A DNA stretch of 63,452 nt, filler included, from Sphacelaria rigidula (taxonomy: Eukaryota): the NCBI GenBank assembly GCA_964200075.2. It is 8 parts of 8 records of this genome, joined end to end, with 100 filler letters (N's around TTAATTAATTAA, not from the genome) between each part and the next. Parts side by side here need not be neighbours in the genome. Positions count along the whole stretch, not along the records: positions 7,946 to 15,790 come from CAXNAA020013264.1; positions 15,891 to 23,734 come from CAXNAA020013265.1; positions 23,835 to 31,678 come from CAXNAA020013266.1; 5 more parts are not named here. One strand, given 5' to 3'. A model generated the notes under the pieces. It saw only the letters and a program-made list of their open reading frames with translations. It ran no database searches and was not told where the DNA came from. A program made the translations under genes and the position numbers. How positions within the stretch are numbered: the first letter of the stretch is position 1; each line of letters begins with the position of its first letter. This document shows, in pieces, positions 12,988 through 24,508 of this stretch.

Positions 12988-13999
12988 GTTTCTGAGAGGT
13001 GACTTCCTTGCTTGCAGAGATCGACACGCGGTGGCTGTTTAGTTGTGTGTGCTATGAGGGGATAGGGCTCGATGTTCGCTGCCAGGTGACGGCGGGGCGG
13101 GTGCGGAGAGAAGCGGGTAAGCGGAAGGACGGCAGAAGAGGGTCGGCAGTTTACTGCCTGTTCGGCAGTTTCACTGTTGTTACCGAAGACAGTAACGGGA
13201 CAATGGGCGACAGACAGTACTTAGTACTACTGTCTGTACTGTACTGTTGTAGAACACCCAGAAGGGGTATGGTATATATCATGACTCATGACAAGGACTT
13301 TTTTTGTTCCTGCGCTGGTTCTAACCTTGAACAGCAACTTCCAAGTTCAATTCGGTCCGAACCATTTGTGTCATAGTACAGTACAGTCATCCTGCCTAGG
13401 AGGGGCAGCAGGGTGTGCATTCATTTGCTATACTACAACAATAAAGGAAAGATGTCATGCCCGCCCTCATTTTTGCGTCATGAAGTTGGACCCCCGACTG
13501 TACACTTATTCTTCCCCATCACCGGTGTAGAGAACATCGGAAACCCTGAGTCCACGCTGTTGTGTGTGACAGTAGAACACATACAAGATATAAGAGTGGA
13601 AGAAAACATGCACCGTCCATAACTATGACGACGGATTGTTCTTGTCCAATCAAAATCGTCTAAACGCGGCGTAACTGTTTGCTGGAACTTCCTTGTCACT
13701 TGTCATGACCTCGCATTTCTGCCTCCACACCCTTCGCCTTTGCCTGGTACATTAGCTGCCGTGAGCCCCACCTACACTTCTGTGACACTACAAAGGCACT
13801 TTACAAGCAGTGTGCTTGCTTACGAGCACGCAAGAACAAAACAAGCTGCAGCAATCTGGCGTGCCTAATTGACAACGAGAACGGCCACGCGAGAGTCTCA
13901 CTCGTGCTGTCAGCTGCGTAACGTTTCCGACTGGCAGTTCACACTGGTTGTATCTTTGGGGCGAGTCCACTTGGGATTTGTTCTTCGAGGTTGAGGTCG
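12988..13999. promoter_or_regulatory. Probable bidirectional promoter / 5' UTR region
   Basis: About 1.0 kb between two divergently oriented start codons (12987 minus, 14000 plus). Positional inference only. Confidence 0.55.
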
Positions 14000-14160
14000 A
14001 TGGTGCGGTCAGTACAAGCCGCCACCGCGGCGCTGGCAGTTGTGGCCCTGACGGGCCATGCTGATGCGTTCGTCACTCCCGGAGGGAGTTTGATCAAGAC
14101 TACCGCCGCAAGGTCTACGGCCAGAGCTAACGTTGCGGCAACTGATGTCCAGTCTCGAAG
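14000..14160 (+). CDS. First exon of a plastid-targeted protein (bipartite presequence only; product unknown)
   Basis: MVRSVQAATAALAVVALTGHADA-FVTPGGSLIKTTAARSTARANVAATDVQSR: hydrophobic signal peptide, AF motif and basic/hydroxylated transit peptide. Donor AG|GTATGA at 14160/14161. Confidence 0.8.
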
Positions 14161-15194
14161 GTATGAAGTCGTTTGAGATACTGTTGTTGTGACACTACAG
14201 AATGCAATTGTACGCGGTATTAGAGTAGCAGCAGCCGCCTTGTTCTAAGGCCAGACTAGCCAGTAGTGCAGGTAGTACAGCGCCGAAACATCGTACTCGG
14301 AGCATTTTCATTAAATAGGAGGGGAGTTCCAAAATTTTGCACGGGTACATCTAGCGCCGCATGTATGCCTGGCACCACTAGAAAGTCTGAATGCCCCGTT
14401 TCCCGCCTGCACTGAATGCCTCTGTGAAAACAAATGCATACATGAATATCCCCCCGTGTACGCGACACGACAAAATACGGTAAATGACCGACAACGTTTT
14501 CACGTACAGTAGTAGGACGGGAAACGCTGATCGGCGATCGGCGGCAGACTGATGAAAAGGCAGAAACTCCAACTCTATCTGGGGTGTTCACCAATCCGCC
14601 ACCCTCCGACACCTTGACCCAGTCAGCGGTTCACACTACGGCGATGGGGCACACTCCAGCTGTTCGTCACTGATATTCACTCACTCGCTCGCAATGTTGC
14701 ACGGCACCTGTGACTTGCGCTACGTGTACACCCCCACCTCGATACTAACCACATCATATTTCTCCGTGTTTTTAAGAATCCTTACTCTGCACTGCCTTGG
14801 AATGTACTGTACGTGACTACCGTAGATATGCTGGTGAGGTGTATTATTGCAAGGAAGATGCCTGCCGTATGACAGACATCGAGGTCGGTACCCCCCCCCC
14901 CCCCCCCCCCCCCCCCCCCGCGCGATCGGAGCCGGGGCGGGGGGGGGGGGNNNNNNNNNNGTCTGGTGAGGTTTTTTTTTGCAAGGAAGGTGCCCGCCCT
15001 ATGACAGACATCCAGGGCGGTCCCCCCCCCCCCCCCCCTCCGGTTCGAGACAAGGTGCTCCATGCTCGAGGAGCGATGAGTTTCTCATGCGCATTACACG
15101 GGAAACCTGTGGACTGGAGAATCATGCCACTGGCTGGTGCAAAGTGCAATAACTCTATCGGTATCCGTACCCCTGAGCGACATCTAGTTGTACC

Positions 15195-15228
<34 letters not shown>

Positions 15229-16267
15229 CTCGGCGTGCGTCGTCTGCCGTTTCGCGCCCGGGCNNNNNNNNNNCTAGAGGTACCCCACCCCCACAGCACC
15301 ATACCGTTGCTCCCCCCCCCCCCCCCCCCTCCGCCGTTGAAGTTGGAGTTGCTGGTCGCTCTTGATGCTTCGACCGCGAGCACGGGTCATCTATTGAATC
15401 ATCATCAGTCTCACTCGAAGAACCGCTGGATGACCACATGACCTACCCTCTCGGTCTAGAGGCTAACCAGCGGAGCGAGCGAATCAGCAGCACAAATAGT
15501 GACATAAGAGCCTAATAATTGAGTACTAGTGGTGAGCCACGGCTGACGCGCGTGGCAGCAGGGCTGCAGGTATCAACACGATGGGTCTCATACACGTGCG
15601 AGACTTTGAACAAAATGAGGAAGAATCGAAAATGACTCCGACATTCTACAATATTCATCAGTAGAAGCAAATAAGAACTTCTAAACCTACGGCTACCCGT
15701 AGCCACTACGAAAGAAATGAGGCTGACCGTGTTGGCGCCAACACAACAGCGCTACATTCATGGAGAAGCTATCCTGAAGAAGCAATAAGGNNNNNNNNNN
15801 NNNNNNNNNNNNNNNNNNNNNNNNNNNNNNNNNNTTAATTAATTAANNNNNNNNNNNNNNNNNNNNNNNNNNNNNNNNNNNNNNNNNNNNAAAGTTACTG
15901 TGAAGTCGTTGCTGGCACTGGTTTGCTCAAAAAAGAATCTGAAACAACAAAAACCTCCGTCTATACCATTCCGGGAACGTCTTCCTGAGCACTGGCGCCC
16001 CAAAGGCTCAGAAATAAGTGTTCAGTTTGAGCAAAAAGTTTTTGAAATCAGGAGGTGCTGAGGTGGGAGGGGTAGTGTGGGTCCAGAAATTGTTTTTCTG
16101 AGCGCCCTTGATCCAACACTAGTTTTTCACTCCTGGAATCACTTTTGGAAAAGTGTTTTTTTTGCGCTTTTTTTCTTGGGGGGGGGGGGGGGGGGTGTCG
16201 CAGCAACCAATCATCAGTCGTTTTTTAGAAAAGTGATTTTCCTTCAGGTGATGATCACTTCCGATAA

Positions 16268-17088
16268 GGGCGTGTCTTGGCACACTTTTTTTTCGATCGA
16301 AAAAGTGCGGTCAATGTGTTTTGCCGATCTCATAGGTCCACCGCATGTATGTTCCTTGAAGGCTTCAACTCAAAATTATGATTAGTGGTGCACGGAGAAG
16401 AATGCAACCAGGTAAAAAACAATCGTTTTCGATCGGAAACATGCGGTCGAAAGGCACGAAGCGGCACTTGACTCCTATCTTACACATCACTACGCCAGAT
16501 AACACCTGTTCACAGGACCATGTAAACTCCATCCAACTCATTCTCAGCTTCCACCGCAACCCTGCAGCATAGAGCACGAGTTGAGCACAGGGATAGATAC
16601 ACTACAGTAGTCGGGTGTGCTTTGTTGATTTTTTGTGGGCGAAAACTTGCACATCTTCTCTCATGGTAGGCATCAGCGACGGAACTGCGTGGTACGGTGG
16701 GCAACCGAGTTGCGTGCACGCTCATGTACAGTGTAGGCATTACAAAAGCTGCACGTTGCTGAAGTCCTTTTCACGTCGCATCGTAAGCAGACAGAACTGA
16801 TAGTCCTGGGCTGCTTGCTGCACGTTGCCCGCTTCTCCTTTATATCCTCCTGCATGAAACACGCACACAAGCACTCAAGACACCCTGCTTTCAAGCACTC
16901 CAGACAGTCCAGACTGTCTGTACTGTACACGAGTGACCATGTGCCGTTTCACGAGTTTCTCTGTATTTTTTTAATCGAAAGCTTGAAAATCCATCCGGAC
17001 CCAACTGCATCGAAACGAGAAAATTTCGCTCAGATCGATCCCACCGCCGCATTTTTTCGATCGAAAAAAAAAGTGCGAAGACAGGCCC
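16268..17088. mobile_element. Non-autonomous PIF/Harbinger-like DNA transposon
   Basis: Imperfect ~40-bp TIRs: GGGCGTGTCTTGGCACACTTTTTTTTCGATCGAAAAAGTGCGG on the left, with the right end reading GGGCCTGTCTTCGCACTTTTTTTTTCGATCGAAAAAATGCGG in reverse complement. TAA flanks both sides (16265-16267, 17089-17091). Confidence 0.75.
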
Positions 17089-18355
17089 TAAGACCCCGCC
17101 TGACTCTATGATGCAAAAAATATTTTCCGAAACTCTCCAACAATGTGACACTCAAACATGGATTTTTTTGTCGGAAAGACTTCGTTGATACCCTCATAAT
17201 ATCCATATCTGTGTATGTGCAAGGGTGCCCCACAACACAATCCCAGACCCTATGCCCCTTTTTTGAATTTTGCAGTTTTTCGGGGGGTGGGTGGGGGGGG
17301 AGAGTTACTGAATCTCGATACATTAAGACTAAAAAAGTACATGAAAAATGAAAATTCGTGTTCATGCAGCGTCAATTCTTCGCATACCTTCGGAGCCAAG
17401 TGTGGCCAAGTTATATTTATGGGTTTCGGCAATACAATGCACATCACACTTCCACGGCAAGAACGAGACCAGACCAATACCACAATGCTTTGCAGTGCTT
17501 GCTCAATCAAGCTAAACGCATCTATCTTTACCACCAGTTTGCGTCTGCTGTGCGTCGCACCTTGTGGTGGCAGATAGGGCCAACAATCATGGGCGCTACC
17601 TCACCCAAGTCGCCCCAAAAATGGCTATTTTTTTCAACCCTTAGACCGACTCTAATGGGAGCCGTTCAGATTTTTGTTTTAAAAAAAACTGAACAGGTGG
17701 AGTCACAAAACCGATCATTATGGAACAAAACCGTCAAGATTTTGACCTCCTAAATTCTGAACGGACCCAAAGAAAAGCAAATTTTTGGTCAAGCGTTCAG
17801 AATTGGGGGACGATTCTGAACGCTTGAGGACCTGTTCAAAAGTTGGCACAAAAAGTAAAATGGGAAATGTCATGTTTTGTTGTACAACAGCACACGCGGA
17901 CGGCCTGGGGCTCTCTCATGTGCTGCACCTATCACTGCACAATCGTGTATTCAAACCTTGCCAAACTTGTCCACTGTAGTCTCTGCTGGATTACCTGAGA
18001 TGCTGTACTGCGATTGCATTCCGAACAACTGCAGTTGGTAGGCAGTACTCTTTCGCCAAAGTTAAAAATATAATGCTGTTGACACGAAGTTAAAAAATTT
18101 AACGTGACGTGGCTATTCATGGGCGCACAGCTGGTTTCCATCGCCATCAGTAGCCACGCTAGCTTTAATCCCATCACCAGCAGTAGCCACGCGTGAGACA
18201 CACTCGACGTGCACAGCTCCCACAAAGATATGTGCAGCTATTTTTCCCAGCACTTCGCCGAGTGACCAAGCATGGGCCCATCGGCGGGTAGTACGGACTA
18301 GCGCTTTCCAGCACGGTGGCTATCACGCGCAAGGTGAGGGGGCGTCGTCGCACGT

Positions 18356-18542
18356 TCGAAACGCGGACTGTCTTCCGCACGAGGAAGAGCCAGCAACAGC
18401 AGCAGCAGCAGCAGTATCGGCACCGGCTGATTCAGACCCACCCACAGCAGTATATATTCACTGGTAGTAAAGATGCTGCTGCTGCTGCTGCTGCTGCTAT
18501 TGCTTCTTCTCCTTCTCGAGCTGGAAGCCGTCCGCGTTTCGA
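18356..18542. repeat. Foldback repeat with (CAG)n/(CTG)n arms; diverged inverted copy at about 22650-22822
   Basis: TCGAAACGCGGAC...GTCCGCGTTTCGA termini with internal complementary CAG and CTG tracts. The second copy is recognisable by the shared core ATCGGCACCGGCTGATTCAG on the opposite strand. Confidence 0.75.
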
Positions 18543-19001
18543 CCGGCGACAATGCCCATACACCCTTGCGCGTGATTGCCGCCCTGCCTGAAGTCTCAGG
18601 TGTTCGAGGATCTTCGGTACACTGTGTCTGTCTGCTCAGTACTGCCCGGGCGTCCTACTAGCTCCACACCTCCATCTGGTATAAGACGTCATGGCGCGAC
18701 ACGTGAGCGGCGGCCACGGGTATCCTACGCAGGTAAATGTAGAGAAGTACTTCGACGGTGAGGCGACCGCCATCGCCGAGCAAGTGCTCTACGGTAGTCA
18801 GGGGCGTTTGCGGCGGTAGTCATGGTGCGATATCCAAACGCACGCTGCGTACACTCGGCACGTTCACCACTGTAAGATCCAGTACGCTGCAGACCGCACG
18901 TGAAGCCGCGGCACGATAATACACTCACTACAGACTGCACAGCAAAGATATGCGGCGTAATAATCAGGTGTTCGACAACCACACCGCCATCTGTTTTATT
19001 A

Positions 19002-19190
19002 GGCCGTGTCTTATCAAATTGTTTTCGTGTCGAAAACGTGCGGTCGAATCGAATTCGCTGGTTTTGGATTCGTTACACTAATTATTTTCTCAGATGATTG
19101 AGAACATGAATGCCGTGGACGTATCAGGAACGAGCAAATTCGATTCCACCGTACGTTTTCGAGTCGAAAACAATTTGACACGACACGGCC
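19002..19190. mobile_element. Tourist-like MITE (PIF/Harbinger)
   Basis: TIRs GGCCGTGTCTTATCAAATTGTTTTCG / CGAAAACAATTTGACACGACACGGCC extend imperfectly for about 60 bp. Flanks are TTA and TGA. The termini resemble those of the 16268-17088 element. Confidence 0.75.
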
Positions 19191-19431
19191 TGACTCTCAC
19201 AACTGTGTGCCTCTTATGCACGCCCGGTCCCTTCCGCCGTAGAGTAGGCGTTTTGAGTTGTGACAAGGGGATGATTCTGAACCCAAAAAGTGGAGTGTCT
19301 TACCTCAGTGTACCAGCTGGGGGATCGCTGTCTAAGGGTTAAGTGTTTCTTAATATGAAGAAAAAATCCTACTTCCGCCAGAGGGGGAGGGGGGGGGTAT
19401 GTAGGGTCTCGGATGTTTTTTTGGGCACATG

Positions 19432-19796
19432 TGGTGTGTGTGTGTTTACATCCCATCTATTCTGGACGCCAGAGTACACCTTTCGGTATATGTGAGCGCA
19501 TCCGCCGGGGTCACATAGGAGGAAGGCCAACAAAGGACTTCCTTCTTTTCACGCCTGCCTTTTTTTTCATCACGAGAGGAGTCCCTGGGCCTGCCTTATT
19601 TTTTATCGCGAGAGGGGTCCCTCTCCCTCGTCGACGGTGAAGTCGACTTTAGCGTAATCACGACATGGTCTCTCTCCACTGTTGGGCATGGTGTGAGAAA
19701 AATCCCAGATCGTGTGACTACACCGATATTCGAACCCGCGACACAAGTATGAAAAAAGATCGAGTTCACCAACTGAGCCACCGGGGCTACCGGCTA
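19432..19796 (-). mobile_element. tRNA-derived SINE with (CA)n tail, near full length
   Basis: The minus-strand head carries pol III box A TGGCTCAGTTGG (19780-19769) and box B GGTTCGAATAT (19736-19726). The body is shared with copies at about 19930-20161 (+), 22250-22475 (-) and 27720-27785 (-, tail only). The 3' end runs into a CA repeat. Confidence 0.75.
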
Positions 19797-19929
19797 CAAC
19801 GTTCACCACGGGGTTGTCCTGAGAGTGTAAGTCATCCCCTGTTGAGCAAACGGAGTGAAAAAACGATTACTGTACCGGACTGCCGTCACACGTGCATTTT
19901 GTCTCGTCAGTACAAGGTCAGTATGGTAT

Positions 19930-20161
19930 ATAAAATTCGACTTGATGGTCGACGAAGAAAAGGTACTGCTGAATCCGTCTCGCGATAAGAAATATAGGCA
20001 AGCACCGCAGAGGGAAGGTGGAGGAGTAGAAACAAAACAAGCACACGAACAAACATACTCCTGTGTTGGCTTTCCTCATGTGTGACCCCGGCTGGTGCGC
20101 CCACCTACACCGAAAGGTGTGGAACGGCGTCCAGAAATAGATGGGACGACAACACACACAC
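19930..20161 (+). mobile_element. 5'-truncated copy of the same (CA)n-tailed SINE
   Basis: Reverse-complement similarity to 19432-19660 (GTGACCCCGGCTGGTGCGCCCAC...CGTCCAGAAATAGATGGGA...CACACACAC). Confidence 0.75.
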
Positions 20162-21784
20162 TAAACAGTATGAGTACGTTAGCGAGTACACTGTAGTATA
20201 CAGCGTTCTCGATCTGATGTGTCTTGTCTTCCGCTCTTTACAGCATTAACTACGGATCTTGGCACGTGCACGGCACAATTCATCAGCAACATCAGCTGAA
20301 TACGGTACCCACAGGTCATTTGCTGTGTCGATGGGATCTTGGTACGTGTGCGGCACAATTCCTCGAGGCGCCCGGAGGCTGATTCATCAACAGCATCAGC
20401 TCACTAAAGTACCCGCAGGTCGTTGGCTGTGTCGATGAATCAATCATCGATCATTATAGTTCGTAGTAGATCATGAGTGGGTCTACCTTGCAGTTCAAGC
20501 CCCCGTCCTGAACGAACATGTACCTCATCCTCCTTCGTCGTATCCGATTCAACGGCTGTTGTCTCTACCCATTCCCAAGCGGTTCCGTCACTCCAAATAC
20601 TGAGGTCCACTCTGTTTCTCTGACACTGTTGACGGACACATGCTCATGTGCTCATGCATGTGTGATCGTGTGACCGGCCTATGCAACCCATATACTGCAA
20701 CTGCAGTACTGACTGTGTACGTTTGTTGTTTTACTTTGGTTGTCTCTATGAAGAATAGTGAGTAAAGTCAGTTCATTCAGTGACGAAATGACTGCAAGGT
20801 GATACCCATTCCGCTCGGTATCGTACGTGCATATACTGCGCTGCCTATATTACATACGCTAGATTGAAGGGGAATAACGCAATCGCATAGCATCTCTGAT
20901 TGTTGTCGAGATATAGAAGCAACGGCTGCGCATACCTGTCTCTTGTTTAGCCGTCGTACTACTGTAGGATGCTGTGTTCTTCTGCGCCGTGTTCGAGCTG
21001 CAAAATCAGATAAGAGAGGAAAAGCGAGGGCAACATTTGAAAATTGTCGCGGGGAAATAAGTTCCGCTTTGTAACGATCAGCAGTCTGCAACTCCGACTG
21101 CAAATGACCCAAAAATGTTTGCCTTTAAAATTATGACACTAGCAAAAGATTCTTGTGAAAAAAAACGTATTGCATACAGTATGGAATCTATTGTCTGCTG
21201 CAATAGGCGCAATAGTCGATATTGTACTTTGACAGTATATTCATTCTATTGTCTAGAGAGTGGAAATTAGGCATTATATATGCAAGTTGACAAATCGCGA
21301 CCATATATTATTATTATTTCTGAATATACATATATATAATCGCGAGATGATCGAGTTTTTTTCCCATCTGCCGTCGATTGATATCGCGGAATATATCAAG
21401 TGTTTGTCATAGAATTTAATATATGTTACATCCTGAAACGAATGCGATACATTGTATTATATATAACTAAAATAGTACACATATCCAAAGTTACGAATTG
21501 GCTCACAAAATCATAGTACTAGTACAACTACAATGCAACTTCAAAAATATCCGCATGCTGACGTTGCCTTTTCGCAGAGCACGTGGTGGTCGATAGTGTC
21601 GCACAGTATATCGCTGTTTGTGAGCTCTGACTCCCTCGAATGCCCTATACGGCTCACCGTTATCACGCACACAACACACACACGCCGACTGTGTTCATAC
21701 CAGCAGGGGTGCCGGTGTGGGAGGAAGGAGATAGGGAGATTTGGGTTCGTTTTGTGCGTATTTTTGGTTTTCTTGACACGCCAG

Positions 21785-21947
21785 CTGCTCGCGCATCTGA
21801 GGGATGCGTCGGGGCAGCAGCAGCCATGTTGCCTCCGCGGCGCGGTGGCAGCCCGAAGGATCTGCGAAGCCGCAGTCAGGCGGCAGCACAGCGGGGGAGA
21901 CATCTACAGGAGCAGGATCGAACAAAAGGGGACGACAGCCCAGTAAG
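21785..21947 (+). CDS. Possible isolated internal exon, unknown protein
   Basis: A pyrimidine-rich tract and CCAG acceptor at 21781-21784, a GC-rich open segment and an AAG|GTACGG donor. No recognisable motif and the frame is ambiguous. Confidence 0.3.
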
Positions 21948-23064
21948 GTACGGGTATGTTGATAGTATAGTAGAAGGCTATGGAGTCGGTGGCTGACCGA
22001 CTCGCTCTTGCACTTTATGTAGGCGGGCTCTCTGTGGTTAGGTGGGTTGTTCGTGAAAAGTCCGCCTCTCCGTCTTGGCCTTGTATTTGAGTCAAGAATG
22101 AGCTATCGATTCGTTTTCCCCCTTCTTCAGATGATGGGAAAAGCGTTGGCTCGCCTAGGTGTAAGAACCGCAGAATATTTTCCCCCGCACTCTTTGTCCC
22201 ATTAGGCGGTGTTTCAACGAAACATGGAAAGCGAGAGTCATTTCGCGATTGTTGTGTGCCACATGTCGCGCGTTGTCACCCCATCTACCTGTACGCCAGT
22301 CTACCCGTTTCGGTTTATGTGGGAGATTCCGGTGGGGTCACACAAAAGGAAGGCAAGACATGATTTTTTTTTTTCCCATCTGCCCTAGTTCTCCAACTTC
22401 CTTCTGCGGTGCTTCACTTTTATTTATGGCGAAAGTTGTTCAACGGTCCCTTCCACTCGTCGACCGTGAAGTCTAATTATGATGTTGTGATCCTGAACTG
22501 ACGATTCACAACTTCATGATAACGAGAAATCACGCGCCGCTCCAATCCAGGGGGAAAATAGGTAATCTGTACTCGAAATGGAAACAGACGGTAACACGCG
22601 AACAGACAAGCGACCATCGATATCAATAAGGACGGCAATCACACACCGGGTGGTTGGGCACTGTCGTGGGTCGAAACGTGGATCGCCTTCCGCACGAGAA
22701 GAAGCAATAGTAGCAGCCGCAGCAGCAGCAGCATGTTTAATCTAGCAGGTGCGTATGGCTGGGGATGAGGCTGAATCAGCCGGTGCCGATCCTGCTGCTG
22801 CTGTTGTTGCTCTTCGTCGTGCGAGAGACGGTCCGCGAATCGACTGAGCGACAGTTTCGGGGGTGAATGGGGCCCGATTTTGGGCACTACATATCGGTAT
22901 AATGGACCGACCACTATCCACCGCAGAACATTCGACCCGTAATCGAGCCAATCGTATCGATCACAAATACACACACCATCTCCAAATAACGACCTCGCTC
23001 ATATGAAACGTACGAGCTTGGCCAGCCTTGAGGCGGATTTGAAGTTTGCAGGCCCAATCTCTTT

Positions 23065-23304
23065 TATACATTTAGAGTTGGACCCTGAAATTTTAATATG
23101 GACAATGCATAGGGCATGAAAAGAAAAGAAAAATACTGCGGTACCAATTTTTTAATCATGAGGTGGAGGCATTTTACTGATACCTGAAAACCGATTATTG
23201 CCCTTAACTCATGAAGAAAAGAAACATTTTGGTACCGCAGTATTTTTTCTTCATGCCCTATGCATTGTCCATACCAAATTCCAGGGTCCAACTCTAAATG
23301 TATA
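23065..23304. mobile_element. MITE with long TIRs (Stowaway/Tc1-mariner-like, TA ends)
   Basis: TATACATTTAGAGTTGGACCCTG...ATGGACAATGCATAGGGCATGAA...AATACTGCGGTACCA is mirrored by TGGTACCGCAGTATT...TTCATGCCCTATGCATTGTCCAT...CAGGGTCCAACTCTAAATGTATA, giving ~80-bp arms. Confidence 0.8.
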
Positions 23305-24508
23305 TGTATAGAAGAGAGTGGGCCTATCAAAAACTGGGTCGGTAGAAATTCGGAACAGTATTTCGCAGGCCACTCACCGGCCCACGTTTGGTTTTCGTGT
23401 ATTGAAATTTGGTGTGGGCGCTCTTAAAGGCATAATTAATTTAAAAAAAAGTGGGTTAGGCTGATTTTTTTCATTTTTTTTCACTGGTTCAGGGCGTTCT
23501 ACTGTGGTCAAGACCATTTTTTCACGATAACGTCCGAACCTATATGTAAAGAAAAAAAAATCAAGGCCCATATTTTTTTCGGCACTCTTTTGTAGTTCTC
23601 CATGCTTACTTTCAAATCATAATTCTAGAAATTGAGCTACAACATTGCGACAAGGCCTAAGGCCGCTTCCTATAATAGACAAAAACATAAACACGGAAAA
23701 ATGTCTTTTTGAAGCTTTTACGTCGTTTTACGCCNNNNNNNNNNNNNNNNNNNNNNNNNNNNNNNNNNNNNNNNNNNNTTAATTAATTAANNNNNNNNNN
23801 NNNNNNNNNNNNNNNNNNNNNNNNNNNNNNNNNNGATTCTTAGTTATTTGGTTGGCGAGACTCAAGGCCCCAACTATCGCCAACCAAATAACTAAGAATC
23901 ACAACGTTCCATCTTGCGGCCTCTTTGTGTAGGATACATTATAAGCTAAGATAAATACACGTTCTCGTGTGTAACGCGGATCGCTCCCGGAACAAAGCTT
24001 CCAGAACTCCCGCTATTCAAGAATAATCTATCGTGTGCATTAAATCCAATCTAAGACGAATTATTGGACTGTTGGTAAACTTAAGTGGTACCTTGTTAAG
24101 TGGTACCTTATTGCCAGCGGTCATGGCTCAAAAGCAGCTGGAGCGAGGGTCGGGGCACCTGAAGATGTAAAGGGAATTTTCGCGTGAAAATTCATGGTTA
24201 TTATCCACATGGGGTAATCTTTGTCATTATCCCACTTCCATCGGTGAATGTGTCTTGTTTCTGAGCTCCTTTCTGCATCGTTGAATATCTCCTGCAGCTG
24301 AATATAGGCATTTCGGTGAGAATGATAGCTGGTATATGAGTGGCGTGCCTATGATATTCCATATTCGTAGTTTCTCGGTACACAAGAAAGCGATTTTATA
24401 CTGACTGCGGGACTGCATAGTGAGTAAAAATGGAAAGAAGGGCCAGCTCGTCTCAGCTCGTCCAGGGTATCCAAGGAGAATGTTCAGTTGGAACGTTGCA
24501 GCGGCGTG

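Noticed and set aside
14797..15441. Poly-Pro/poly-Gly ORFs and apparent tandem duplications around poly-C tracts
   Set aside because: Homopolymer runs next to 10-N gaps with degraded duplicate flanks, typical of low-quality read ends and scaffolding overlap. The same applies to about 60720-60960 and 55610-55670.
19720..19796. tRNA gene
   Set aside because: A and B boxes are present but there is no complete cloverleaf, and the segment is fused to a dispersed repeat body. Interpreted as a SINE head.
20254..20440. Two ~80-100-bp direct repeats followed by AATCAATC
   Set aside because: Only two diverged units, probably part of a retroposon 3' region. Not a CRISPR-like array.
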